A DNA stretch of 64,000 nucleotides from Lepidodermella squamata (lineage: Eukaryota > Animalia > Gastrotricha): the NCBI GenBank assembly GCA_047495785.1, contig JBLDXI010000006.1, positions 1 through 64,000 of the forward strand, written 5' to 3'. This document shows, piece by piece, positions 8,801-21,637 of the stretch. The stretch's first letter is position 1, and every line of letters begins with the position of its first letter. Both the position numbers and the translations under genes were made by a program. The notes beneath the pieces were generated by a model that saw nothing but the letters and a program-made list of their open reading frames with translations, searched no databases and was not told the DNA's origin.

Positions 8801-11800
8801 GTACCTGCTGTTCACCTGTTTGATTGGGCGCCCTCGGATTTGTATTCGGATTCATTATTATTCTCTATGCTCTCTAGCCAAAATCATGAAAGCATAGCCT
8901 AGGCCGGGAGTCATTAAGCTAATTCCAAGGTTCCATCAATGCGTTGCCATTCTTTTCAAAAACTGACAAAAAGCATACATTTCGTTTGCATATGCATAGA
9001 GATAAAAATATCATTAAAAGTGTCCAAATTTAGAGGCTAAATTTAAAGTCACCTGTATCCAAATTGGCTTGTCCTTCTGCCGAGATTTTTTCACAGAATT
9101 TAGTTTAGGTAAATCCCTATGCGCTAAGTAAATTTCAGCCCTAACCGTTCACAGGTGAGCATTTGGCAAGGGGGGTCCCAAAACACCCTTCTGAGTGATC
9201 GACCTTTGGCGATTTTTCGCAAATCGATCGTACATGAAAGTATTGGCAAATTTGGTACCGTTGGAAAGCCAATGAAGGGAGCTATTTTTCAGTGAAATTT
9301 TGAAATTTTTATCAGCTATGCACAAATTGATATTTGGGTCTAAAGCTCAAAGCGTCAAAATTTGGGGTGTCCAAATTTAGGGCGCCTTACGGTATTGAAG
9401 AAATTTTGCGGTGACGAAGTCTTCCCCAATAATCTGGCGGTTTTAAAACCGTGACTTCGAGTTTCAAAAATCCTAAATTCAAACCAAAGTCGGGCGAGGT
9501 GATTCTTTGATTTCAAGCAAATTTGCAGAATTTTTCTATATTTTTGAACTTTGATCAATTTTCTAAGATAAAATCTTTGAATAAATAAGCTGAGTTTTAA
9601 ATTAATTAACAATAAGCGGACGATTTTTCAGCTCACATTTACCAGATTTCTAACCTAATTTTCATCTAATTTCATAGTTTTCTTCCTAATCATAGACAAC
9701 ACTGTAACGCTGTCTATGTTCCTAATATTGCCTGGCTTTCAATTTTCTTGGAAAAGACTACAATTTGTAGAATACCAATTACCAATGCTGATTTTTATAA
9801 TGATAATGATTTTAATAATGATTTTAAAAATAAAAAAATGCCATAATTACTGGAAAATTTAAGGGAAATATTGGCGATCCCGAAATGATATCCGAAGTCT
9901 GCCAGAATCTTTTTCAAACAAAATTGATCGAATCACACATGAGACCTGAAATGTTTCTCAAACGAAATCTGATGAGACGGATAATTTTATAGACACTCTT
10001 CTAAATTTTACCCCTGAAAGGTTAATCCTCCCAAAGCTCGAATTACCTTTTCTCTCCGCTATAGCCCCACACTGAATAAAAGTCAAACAAATTCAAACAA
10101 ATTCTCCATCAGTCGAAGTTGAAGCTCTCGCGTGGATTAAAATCAGCTAATTTAAAGAAAACGCTAATTTCGAATTCTTCAAATTTTCTCCGCTATAAAA
10201 GTCGCAAGTCGAAATTTTCCCTTTGTAATCGTCCCTAGTGATTAATACCATGGTTAATCTGCGAAGTTCTGCTAAGATCTCTAAGATTCAAGATCTTCAT
10301 AAATCTTTGCAAGATCTTGGAAAGACTTTCGAATGATTTCTTACCAAAGATCTTGAGTGATCTTTGCAAGAACTTGGAAAGACTTGTTATGATTGCTTTG
10401 TACGGATCTTGGCTGAACTTGGCTGGAGGTCATTAAACACATTCACTTTGCAATCAAAGGCTGATGCGATATACTATTTTCACTTACTGAGAGGCGAGAA
10501 TGAATAATGCCTGCGATGAAAAAACACCCGAACTAGCATTCGTATTCTACGCCGACAATGAAAAAATGAGGTCTCATGAAAATAATAACAAACTACGGCC
10601 AACATTATTTGTAATCAATGGAAAAATATAAAATAAATGACAATATGTGTTAGACATATTTTCTAATAAAGAAAATGTATTTTATTTACCGACAAGATAT
10701 TTTGAACCACCCGGTAAATTTGAATGTTTGACGTCTCCTAGCTAACGGAGCTGAGAATCTCTTTTTCAATAGCACTTTGTAAAGTCTCCGACCTCTGACC
10801 TAATTTAAGGACAAATTTTTCTTATTTTGCATCTGATATTACCAGGATAATGGTCGACTTCTAATTATAGGACATATTAATAAGCTATACTTCCATGCAT
10901 TCCGGTAGGAGTCGGAAGGAGGATGACGACTGCTACTCAAGGTCTCGAAAACGAAGAGCTCCGATTCCTTTAAGTCTTGCTGAGGATGTTAGTGATGACA
11001 TTGCTTCCGAACCACCCTACCCTGACGTCGTTGCAGATAGCAACTCTAGTCCTGATATTAATGGTCATCTTGAAAACATTTTGCCGGAGAATGCTTGTAA
11101 TTTTTATTATTTTATCTATTTGAATCTATCATGTTATGTCTCGGCTTAGCACTTGACAACCTTAGCCTCGTTGAAGATGATGAAAATTATGCAGCTAGCG
11201 AAGAAAGCTTTCAGGAAAATCCTGACTTGGGTTAGTAGAATATATTTAATTCTGAATACTCCTTACATATAACCTCTACATTAGATATCCCTGGGCAGGT
11301 GGTAACCTTTGATCTAGACCAGTTTTTACTGGAAAGTGGCATGGAGGAGGTCTTGAAGGAGCAGACAACTAAAGGAAAAATTCTGCATTCATACATCGAA
11401 TCTGGGGGTGTGTGTAACCGGTTCATGTTGAAGCTGCGGTCACATCTCGCTGAAGTTGGGCTATCAACATACGATTGTGCTTCTGTCGCAAGAAAAATGG
11501 GCAGAACCTTAATTCGATGCTGCAAATTATATTGCATTCAATGCAGCTCCTTGGTTGAGCAAAAATTTTGTCCTAATATTGAATGCGTGCATAATGGTCC
11601 GCAATATTCATCGGATCGTTTCAAGCTGAGCGTGCTACATCCCCTACTTCTGCCTCAACTTGGAATAATAGTTAGAAGTTTTCCTGATCTGGCGAGCCAA
11701 GATCTGCTGATCGACGTTAGCACTGACGGCGCTCCGCTCGTTAATCACGGCCGCCTTTCTATATGGCCTGTTCTTGGCAGTATCAGCAATCTTGACCTCA

Positions 11801-14800
11801 ATTTGCGCTTCAAAAGGCGAAACGTGTTGCTTCTTGGCCTCTGGTGCGGGGACAGAAAACCGCAAAATGAAGATGAATGGGGTTATTTGCTTGACCCAAT
11901 TTTCGATATCATTGGTCAGCATGAAATGGTCATTGGGGGTAAACAATTTGGCTTTAACCTGGATATCAGGTTGTTAGTTGGGGATCTACCCGCTTTAGCT
12001 GCAGTTCTCAATGTTCAGCAGTTCAATGGCGAATTTGGCTGCATGTTTTGTTATCAGCCTGCTGTTAAATTGAAAGAACCCGATTTAGTTCGTTCAATGG
12101 TTAGACCATATCTCGTGAAATTGGCAAAACCTAGGACTGTTGCTAGCTTCATGGAAGATCGACTTTTGTTCCGTCTCGGATCCAAAGGAAATTCACGCTT
12201 CGACAATCGTATCAGCATGCCCTACCAAATCGCAATCGATTACATGCATCAGTCTGTTGAGGTAAATTTAATGATAAATCTTTTATCTCAAGAATTTAAA
12301 GGTCTCTGATGAGTCTCTTGGCCGAGACGAAACGTATATGTATACGTCAGACTAGCCATAATTTCTAATGTAACTTTTTTGTTGTGATAAATTTTGTATT
12401 CAAATTATGTATAAAAAGGTCTCTGATGAGTCTCTTGGCCGAGACGAAACGTATACGTCACGTGTACGTCAGACTTGCCATTATATTTGAAACAATTAAT
12501 TTATTGATTAAATTTCATTTATTTCAGGGATACCCCGAACATTGAGATACGAATATTTTACAGCTGTCATTATTTTAGGGAGTCCTCAAATGGCTTTCTG
12601 TCTGCTGGCTCCCTCCTCACGCGAAAATTGGATCGGAAGATCGGGAACTGCTTAAAAATGAGCTGGCGCTAATTCAATATCCTTGCAGCATGATCTCGCT
12701 GAGACTGCCTGATTTCAAATATCTGAGCTCAGAATTCAAAGCGAAGCACTTGAAGCTATTCACCCTTGATTTTGGGCCGATACTATTATTTGACAAGCTT
12801 TCTCAGGCTTTGTACATCCACTATGTCACCTATGTTTTGGGAATTAGAATCGCCAAGACGTCTATTATGCCAGCTACGTCGGAAGAACGCCGCCCATTTG
12901 CCGATTTGTGCTTCAAACTAATGCGAACCTTCCAGAAAGAAGTTGCCACGCTTTATGACAGGTCATTTGAGACCCACAACGTCCATCTCGCTCATCATTT
13001 AGCTGATAAAGTGGAATCTCACGGTCGCCTTAGTGACTACTCTGCTTTTGGCTTCGAGGGATTTATCGCCAATATTAAGAGCAGCTTCGAAGGAACTCGG
13101 TTTCATACTGAGCAAATTTCGCGATTTGTTCTGCTCAAAATGTACCTGGAACATTCTGCTGTTGAAGATGAAGCTCATGCCAGATTTGTACAGGTACCGC
13201 TACATAAAGTGACAAAGGAAATAGTGTCATTGTTTCCGTCAACTCGCGCTAAATTCTTTGCCAAAGTTCCCTTTGGTCACAGTTTCCTCACTGCCCCTAT
13301 TCGGCTAGCTGGAGCTGAACCTGCTTTGCCAAGGTCTTATGCAGTGCGGACACTGAAAGGGCGGATCTTCGAGGGGGGCGAAACTTGCGATTACCAACGG
13401 AGATGTTTTATATTGTTATGATTATTACCGTATTTTATCGAAATAATAACACCCTAGAATAATAGCCTAAAGGTCCTAAGGTTAATAATAGCAGTCTCGA
13501 CTAATAGTCACGTGATTCAAAAGCAAGTTGAAGCCTGGAAAAGCATCTCGTAGCTCTTATAATCTTATATGGGTGTGATTATTTATACTCAAAGAAAAGC
13601 CCCCTTCAATAATTGCCCGATTTTTTTCACTACTTATCAAGTTCGTACAAAATTAATCAGCATGGCTATTATTCGATAAAATACGGTAGTATTATTCTAT
13701 TTCTATTATCTAATTTTTCAGATTCCAAGTTTTTCGCCGCCTTCGAGAACGCCGCCTCACACTGATTATTAGCAATAATTTTATGATCTGCTAAAACTGC
13801 TTTCTAATTATCTGCTTTTCCGACCATATGGCACGGCAAAATTTCAGTAGATGAAGTTCAAATTAAAAACTGAAATTTTTGCGATTCACTTTTTTATTTG
13901 ATGGAGTGAAAGGCGCCGTGAAAAACAATTAATTGAATACACATCGGATCAAGCAAATCGAAAACAGGAAAGCAGAAATTATAACACATGAGAAACGTTT
14001 ATTTGCGAAATAGGCGGATTGCTGCCTTGGGTTTTGGAATTTTGCCCATTTTAGATAGGTACAGACGCCAAAACGTGCGCCGCTCTTGCACAGCAAAGGC
14101 GCTATTGACGTCACCGGGAGCCAGGCGGTAGCGATTAAGGAAGAGGAAGCGCGGTTCAGTGTCATAAAGCTCGGCTATTTCGCCGTCAGTTTTAGGCGTG
14201 GCCGGATGAATTCGTTCATGCGCCTCCTGAAACAGTAAAAACAATTATTTGTTAGTACAATAAAAATTAAATTAAGAAGAATTGATAAAAATTAATAGCT
14301 AACCTCTTTTTTCATCTTATCAGGTGTCCGCTGTCTGTCCGGGACGATTCTCGGCCTCCGGGGCGTTTTAGAGTTGCGAGCGGGCGGCGGCTTATTCTTG
14401 CGTTCCATTATGTCGCACTTTCGCCGTGGCGCAGCTGGTGTAAGCGCGCAGTGCGGCGCTGTTGATGATGATGATGATGAAGCGGCGTTCTTCATTTTAT
14501 ATAACTTGTAACCTTAATTTTTACTACAAAAATAAATAACCCAACATTCAAATATTAGCAATAATTTCATTAAACGCAACGCACGTGTCGAAATAATAAT
14601 AAGAGCGGCGTTAACGGCGCGTTATAACCAGGCGCGTTATAACTGGGCGCGTTATAATAACTGGGCGCGTTATAATAACTGGGCGCGTTATAACGAGAAC
14701 TGCATTCTCGGCAGGCAACAAAATGTTAAAATAGATTATCGATGAGCAGAAATTCGTTCGCCGTATATAAAGCATAGTATAGCCTAATAATTACTCATAA

Positions 14801-17800
14801 TTATTGACAGCGGGACGCGGAAAATCATATATAGAATATTTCAAAATTTATGGCAGTTTTATTATAATCTATTATTATTGCTATATTCTAAATAAAACTA
14901 TTTTAATATATTATTGCTATGAAAGTTTTATAGCAATAATAATAGCCTGCCTTCATAATAATAAAATAGCGATAAATAATAGCGCCTCGCAACTCACAAT
15001 ATCGTAAGATAAGGCTCCATTGTGTGTCCGCATCGAGCGAATTATTACGAAGATGAGCAGTAGACGATGACGAGCGCGCGCTCAGAAAGTGACATGTGCG
15101 CGCTAGTACGCATATAGTATAATATCATACTTACACTACACTACACTACACTACACTACACTACACTATACGACTTGTCGACTTGTTTAAACTTATCAAA
15201 ACATGTGGTTTGGCCTTAACAGGGTGGATTTTCATCACGATTTTCTACATTGCTATTAATTTGTCGTTGAATTTTCTCGATAGGTCGTTTTCTGTTTATT
15301 TATTTATCATCAGGTGCGCATCTATTATCGCGCCTCCATTTGCGTGCGCCGGTTAGACTTGCGTGCAACCACAGGCGGTTGCTTGATCGTGTGTTTATCT
15401 TGTGGTAGCCGTTCCCGTCAACCAAAACAACTCGACTGCAACCTAAAAGGCGTTGCCGCGTGACAGCCGGCTATCTTGCCGTGTCATCGTAGCCCTTGTG
15501 GAAACCTGAGGGACAGCAGCTCATCGCCAATCGTGATTGGCCAGAAATATGTTTATAAACACGCTCGTCGCAGGTAAATTCATCATTAGCTCTAAATTTA
15601 GTACTGAATATCACCATGTTCATTCTAGTTTCGTGGGTTAGCGACCGCAGCTTTAGCATCTACAATGCCGAAGCGTCCGAGTTGGAAAAAGTTGACGCCG
15701 CCGACATTGCGGTCAACCGTCGCATCAGCATCTGCTACGACGACAACGGCGAATGCGAAGCCGACGTGCTGCTCGTCGCCAATACTGAAGCAGAGTGCGT
15801 AGCCACTCGAAAAGCACTGATCGCTATACGCCGCTTCGACAAGCCGCGCCAATCGCCTCGAGCCTCACCTCAAGCTTCACCTCAAGCCTCGCCTCGCCGC
15901 GCCAGTACCAAGCGATCGCACACCTCTCCGCCCAAGCACTGTGCTTTTGGCCCTGGTTACACTGCCGAAGATGATGATGAAGTAACCGTCATTCGCAAGA
16001 AAGCGCCTTCTGAATTCATCCGACCTGAACCGCCTTTCGCTCCGCCGACGAAATCGTCTAAAACTGCCGCCATTTGTTTGTCGTCGTCACAGCCGCCGAA
16101 TACACCCGCATCTCATCGCCCGCCGCCGAATACGCCCGCTTCTCATCGTCCGGCACCGTCGCATTCTCAACCTGGTGCAACACCGCGAATTAAGTCTCTG
16201 TCAACCGGCGGCGCTGCTGTCTACCCGCAGGCGCCGACAACTGACAAGTCGTCAATCGTTGAGACTACGCCACAGCAATCAATCGACAATATCACGCCGC
16301 AAACTGCTGCTTCTGAAGGTTCAATGGCAAAGCAATTAAAACAGGTGGGTGTTTTTATTTTAATTTAATTTTAATTTTGCGAATATTTTTTTGATTTTAA
16401 TTTGTTCCGTGACTAAATAATTTTCTAATTTTCATTTATTTAGATCCTTCAAGCAGTCGCCCTGCTGACGAAGAAGCAAGAACTCACCGCAGCCGGCCCG
16501 AGTCAGCCTGCCGTTTGGGATGGCTTCGACTACGCCAACTGCCGCGCTCGTTCTCGCGGCCCGAACAAATGGGCTATCTTCACGTTTCGCGGTCTATTCG
16601 GCGATACAAGGCTGTCAAACAGTATCATCGAGCCGGTCTCTGCCGAAAAGTCGAAACGAACGCCTATCGACGATTCCAATGCTCACGAAGAGCTCGAATT
16701 CTTTAGAAGTAAGTTTTCGTGTTTTTTATCCGCTGATTTTTTAATAAATGCTTCTTTTTGAACAGTTACTTTTCGAGCGCTCTTTGGCGATGACGTGATG
16801 CGCTTCGATCGCGCCCGTGCTGCTGTCAATCAGTGGGGCAACGATGAACACCGCCGCCGTCGCCTTCGCGCGGCTCGCATTGCTACTGCCGCCGCCGACC
16901 GAACTTCGGCCCGCGCCGACGGTGCCGATCCAGCTGAGAGTTCACTGGAGGATGGCGGAGATAGCGTCATTGAGACTGCTATTCGTTATTTAGAAGAAAA
17001 CCCATGAACTATTATTATTATTATTTCGTTGTTTTTATTGTTATCATCATCGTCATCATCTTCATTATTTCTGTGTGCGTGTGCGCTGGTTGCGCGTGTG
17101 TTTGCGCGGTTTTTATCAGAAAATGTTTGCGTTTTATATTGATTTCGAGACAATCACTGGAATTAGGTGTGATAATATTAAGGTCGTGCTTGGCGTGTTT
17201 TTTATACCGAAAAACGATTTTCTTCGGTAATAAAGTTGGCAACTCTGAAATTCTAGTCGTGTTTTATACCTGGGTGCGTACTTTCGGGTGCGGTTCCGTG
17301 GGCGCCAGTAAAAATTTCGAGCCAAGATTTGGAAAGATGAGAACAAGAATTATTTAAAAACATGAAAGATTGTAGAAATCTGAGCAGTTCTTAGTGTCAC
17401 CTTTGAATGATCTTTCAATAACACCAAAGATCTTCATTAATTTTCTGCTAAGATCTTTGGACCGAAATCTTTGCAAATCTGTGCAAGATCGTGCACGGAT
17501 CTTTGATGGATCTTGGCAAGTTCAGCTAAGATCTTGCCAAGATTTGATCCCTAGGGGTGGTTTTAAATTAAAAAAAAACCCACTCGCCAGAGGAGCGATG
17601 GCTGATTGCTCCGTGGCACTGTCGACTTGAGCGAGACGAGTGTTCAGCGACGCACACGCCTGCCCGGCTTCGGACCATGTTTTGCCAAAGTAGAGCGGGG
17701 CGAATTTTCTATCCGCCGAACAGCCCAAGTTTGTCCCTATTGTAAAGAAAAACAATAAAAAAAAGCAGGTTAATTCAAATTTAAGCTCACATGGTGCACA

Positions 17801-20207
17801 GGCCGCCAAATTCGGAAAGGTGAAGCCGGATGATACCTGGTAATCAAAAAGGTACATTGAACAGTACAAGGAGATTCCAGGCATTTCAGGCTCACCTGTC
17901 CGGTTGGGCAATCCGAGTCGACGCTCGTGCAAAGGGCAGGATCACGGGTATTGGCATCGACGCACAGCTTCGCCTATCACGCATGGATGAGACCAGTTAT
18001 TTTCAAATAAATTCTCGAAAAAGGGCGCAACGTTACCAGGTTCAGCTGTTTCAAGCATGCGTTGTAGTTGTTATCGAAGATGGGAGACGAGTCGAAGATA
18101 CTCAACTTCGATAAGGCGATGTTTTTGAATTTGACGGCAGAAGAAGCAAATAAGTCAAACCTGTTGAGACCCACTAGGACAGCGGCTATAACATCGGTTT
18201 CCATTTGGCGTAGCACACAACACAGCGTACTGTATATTATGGACAATCAGAATTAATTACTTGCTGGTCGGACTAAAAATAACCAGCTAAGAGCTAGAGT
18301 TTCAATAACAGTTTCGAATTTGGAAGCTCTGAAATAGGTTTCCAATGTCAATCATCGTCAAGTCTTGTGTAGAAAATTAACGCGCACATTGATCGAAATT
18401 AATTTGAAATTCAATTTAAATTAATTCAATTTAAATTTAAAATTTAAATTTGAAATTTGAAATTCGCTTATTTATTTAGCAATTAATTAAAAATTCTACA
18501 GGCTTGAAGGCCTTCAAAAAATTTGGACGCTCATTTTCATCATTTTGGACGACTTCTAGATTTGAGAAATTTGAAGAATAAAATTTGAAATTTTAAAATT
18601 TAAGGCGTTGAGTAAAATTAGTCCAGAATAAAGCGAATTAGAAAATAAATTGAAATCCATGAGACAGAAATTTTTCTCCTCGGCCATTGGGAAGCTGAAA
18701 TTATCAATTTGTTGATAAGGTTCCAGGTTCCAGAAACGCCATAATGATTTTAAATTCTGTGCTAATTTTCCTTTGAATGACAATTTTTTTTGTACCCAAT
18801 ACCTTGGCGAATTTCATTCGAAGGAAATGATATCCCAAAAATAAAATCGAAGGAAAATAATATTTAGAAAATCCCAACAATCTATTAAATTGGCTCGCTA
18901 TAATTCAAAGTGGTCAAAATAAGTCGTGAACTCACCCACGACTGGCAGAGATCGCGGTATCTGTAGACGCCGACGGGGCTTTGAAGGCCAGGCGAGTACT
19001 CCGGGGTCGTACCAGCCGTGCAGCCATCAGATTGAAGGCGGCAGCCAATAAAAGCCCTCGTCGCCTGGTCGAAACACCTGACATTCGGCTTCATCTTATC
19101 AGGCACTTGAACTGTGAGAAGAAATAACATATAAAAATAATGAAGTTTTTCCACTCAGGAAAATTTAAAAAAGTAATTCAAGGCAACTACAACAAAAATG
19201 TATGACCATTGAATGTTCTGAAATTATCTAAAATAATCTCTCCTCACAGAAATTTCAGTTGTAAGAAATACGTGAATGCCATATCACTATTATTATTTTT
19301 AAATTGTATTCAAAAAGTTTGCAAATTAAAAAAAAATGTCGGTAATTTTTTATTTTTTCCCGCACCAAAAATTCTAATTATTAATATTTTACAAATCATC
19401 TAGAAAATTGAGAGTTTAATCACCTTGGCGATTGATGCAGACCAGCCAGCTCTGGTAAACCTTTCCTCCCTTGAATAAATAGGCGCAATTATTCATCAGC
19501 TCAAAGTAAAGAAAAACGTGACCTTCAAAGGTTCGGGACACTGGGCCGGGGCTTTATTCGGTTCCAACGGGTTAGGTTTCATCGGAATACAGGTAGCTAT
19601 TTTGTTATCACGCAGGCATTGTCTCGCCTTCCAATTCTGGAACGGCAAAATGAAATTATTGAAAAAAAATAATTAAGTTGAAATTAGGTCACTTTAAAAT
19701 TGGGAATATCGTCTTCGCAATCAAGCAGGTTGCCGCGCAGTAATTCATGGCCCTGGTATCGGAAAATCTGGAAAACAAAAATTTAACGTGAAAAATTCTG
19801 AGAAAAATAACAAATTTCGATACCTCGATTTCGTTGCTATTGCAAGGAACGCTGACTGGACGGCATTTCGGCGTCAATGCGTCGTAGTCATAGCACATCC
19901 GGGCACTCTATATCGACGGAACTTGAATGAATTGATTATCGAAAATTTCAGAAAAATTACCGCCATTCGGCATTCGTCCCAAGTTGTGAAATTTCGGCCC
20001 CACTGCGAATTAATACTTATTATTTAAAAATATTCAGAAGAAAATTCGTTGATATACTTGGAACTCGGATAGCCGTTTGCAAGGTGTCTCAGAGCAGCCG
20101 ACAAAGGTGTTGTCGAATTGCGAGAAGCAGCGAACCCAACTTCCAGCTGATACAACAGCCCCATGGCTGAGAATTGAGATTACAACAGCTAAAAATATCT
20201 GGCTCAT
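5837..20207 (-). CDS. Multi-exon secreted Cys-module / triple C-type lectin protein, paralogue A (3' end approximate; 9.5-kb TE-filled intron 8028-17583)
   Basis: Signal peptide MSQIFLAVISILSHGAVVSAG; three CTLDs with GCNG.W.GG, EPDF/QPDF/NPDF, WDDV.C...LNGA.CE; exon order matches paralogues B-D. Confidence 0.8.
8213..9392. mobile_element. Non-autonomous Tc1/mariner(pogo)-like element
   Basis: Imperfect TIRs CCGTAAcGgGtCCTAAcTTTGGA / TCCAAAtTTAGGgCgCcTTACGG flanked by TA. Its segment 9190-9310 resembles the reverse complement of 5050-5165. Confidence 0.65.
9691..9718. mobile_element. 28-bp CATAGA...TCTATG remnant with an 8-bp TSD (P-like excision footprint)
   Basis: TTCCTAAT at 9683-9690 and 9719-9726; 8-bp inverted ends CATAGACA/TGTCTATG. 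Confidence 0.75.
10895..13421 (+). CDS. EnSpm/CACTA-type DDE transposase, spliced (introns about 11097-11149, 11231-11284, 12262-12578); 3' end uncertain, possibly disrupted
   Basis: STDGAP...SIWP, LLGLWCG..KP, GDLPA...FNGEFGCMFC, IDYMH..VE|GVLK, THNVHLAHHL...HGRLSDYSAFGFEG. Confidence 0.85.
12301..12353 (+). ncRNA. Type I hammerhead ribozyme, copy 1 (predicted cleavage after C12348)
   Basis: GGTCT-CTGATGA-GTCTC(TTGGCC)GAGAC-GAAA-CGTATA(TG)TATACG-TC-AGACT: complete catalytic core and three stems. Confidence 0.92.
12418..12475 (+). ncRNA. Type I hammerhead ribozyme, copy 2 (predicted cleavage after C12470)
   Basis: GGTCT-CTGATGA-GTCTC(TTGGCC)GAGAC-GAAA-CGTATAC(GTCAC)GTGTACG-TC-AGACT; stem III differs from copy 1 but still pairs. 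Confidence 0.92.
13428..13686. mobile_element. Tc1/mariner(pogo)-like MITE nested at the transposase 3' end
   Basis: TIRs CCGTATTTTATCGAA / TTCGATAAAATACGG with TA on both sides. Confidence 0.8.
13999..14495 (-). CDS. Small basic two-exon gene inside the CACTA element (intron 14227-14303)
   Basis: Two GC-rich ORFs joined in frame by GAG|GTTAG...TTTCAG|GAG across an AT-rich intron. Confidence 0.55.
14617..14693. repeat. Tandem GGCGCGTTATAA(TAA)C repeats in the divergent intergenic region of the CACTA element
   Basis: Five GGCGCGTTATAA units in under 80 bp. Confidence 0.85.
15133..15168. repeat. (CTACA)n microsatellite
   Basis: About 7 tandem pentamers. Confidence 0.9.
15616..17007 (+). CDS. 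CACTA accessory gene: Pro/Ser-rich linker and C-terminal BEN-like DNA-binding domain (introns 16345-16443, 16709-16765)
   Basis: Spliced product ...PNKWAIFTFRGLFGDTRLSNS...KRTPID...FFRITFRALFG...FDRARAAVNQWGNDEHRRRR follows the BEN pattern (LF..., R.P.D, A.N...basic tail). Confidence 0.7.
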
Positions 20208-21637
20208 TGTTAATGATAAATTAAAGAGTGATTTTTTGCAGGAAATCTCATCGCCAATTCACCTAGATCGCGTGTTGTTGCGTGATGCGCCATTGGTCGC
20301 GTGTGAAGCGTTGAAATGGCCCATTAAAATTATATCTTCAAGTTCATTTTTTTCAGATTTTTAAAAATAGATATCAAGATTTTAACAATTTAGTAGCGTC
20401 CCCCATTTCGCTTGAAAATTCCGCTCAACTGCTCAACTGTAGTACAGCAAATCAATTGCGATTACCCGGGTACCCAGTTAAAAACTGCTACTCATTGCAA
20501 ATGAACTAAAAATGTGATGCCCAGCGAGATTAATGGGTCATGGCCAGGGAGATGTTCTCATAGGTCTTCGTAAATTTAAAAAGGAGCCGAGGAAAAACGG
20601 GTTGGTGAGCTGTACCTCAACAAATTATAATAAATTATTTTTAAAATTTTAAAAATAATTTTAAAATGTACCTATTTATTTTTATTTAATTTGAAATTGT
20701 TCAATTTTTACTTAAATTCAGATGAAATTGTTTTCACGTCGTTTATTCGACGAATTTACGAGGTGCTGATCGGCACTGACGTCTGCTAAAGCCCTAGGCT
20801 GTCATAAAGGTCCATATAGCGAAATGAATAACCAATGGCTGGAATCGTCTCCAGTTAAAAAAGTAGTCTCAATGGTCCCATAGTAACACAAGTAACGAAA
20901 ATACTACCCGGAAAAGGGTTCAGAAACTCTAAAATAAGAGACACACCCAAGTCACATCTCAAGGCCAGAAGAAAAATTAGAAAAATTCAGACAATCGCGA
21001 GAATAGCAATCCAAGCGAGAATGTGGTCCAAACGGGTAAAACACCAAAAATTACAGAAGCGGGGTTTTCTACGGTAACTTTTTTATTTATTCGGTCGAAT
21101 CGCGGATAAAAGATGAAATATTCTCTCTCGGGAGGTATGATTTAAAAATGGGTCTTACTTTTAGCGGAGCCAAATCTTGGAATTTTCAATGGGCCTGAAA
21201 CTACTTTTCATAACCTTCAGGGATGTCATGATCCATCAGCATAATTGAAAATTAATCAACTTTAAATTCAGCGTAAAATCCTGTATAAGACGCATTCTTC
21301 ACTAAAAATTGCATGCATTTCCTCGATTTCGTAGAAATATTCAAAAAGCGACCTATGGCTAATATAAGTTCAGATTCTTGTTCAATTCAGATTCAGCGGC
21401 AGCTGGAAAGCTTTGCATAAGATGACGTGATGATGACTTGAGAAGGGTTCAAAATAACGAAGGTCGGGCCTCAAATATGAGACGAGGTTTCGACTTTGAA
21501 AAAAATGAAGGACAGGCCCGAAAATTCGGGCAGTATGGTAATAATTTATTCATAGATCATAGACACAAAAATTAATAATTAATATTCAGAATGCAGAGGT
21601 TCATATTATCAGGTTATTAAGAACTATCGTTTTCACT

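Larger units (their letters stand above)
10233..17556 (+). mobile_element. Apparently full-length CACTA/EnSpm (CMC) DNA transposon, 7.3 kb
   Basis: TIRs CCCTAGTGAT / ATCCCTAGGG, 2-bp TSD GT (10231-32, 17557-58), subterminal AAGATCT repeat arrays at both ends, internal transposase. Confidence 0.88.

Noticed and set aside
9960-10000. CTGATGAG as a third hammerhead (also near 54310 and 63829)
   Set aside because: No stem II followed by GAAA and no closing stems.
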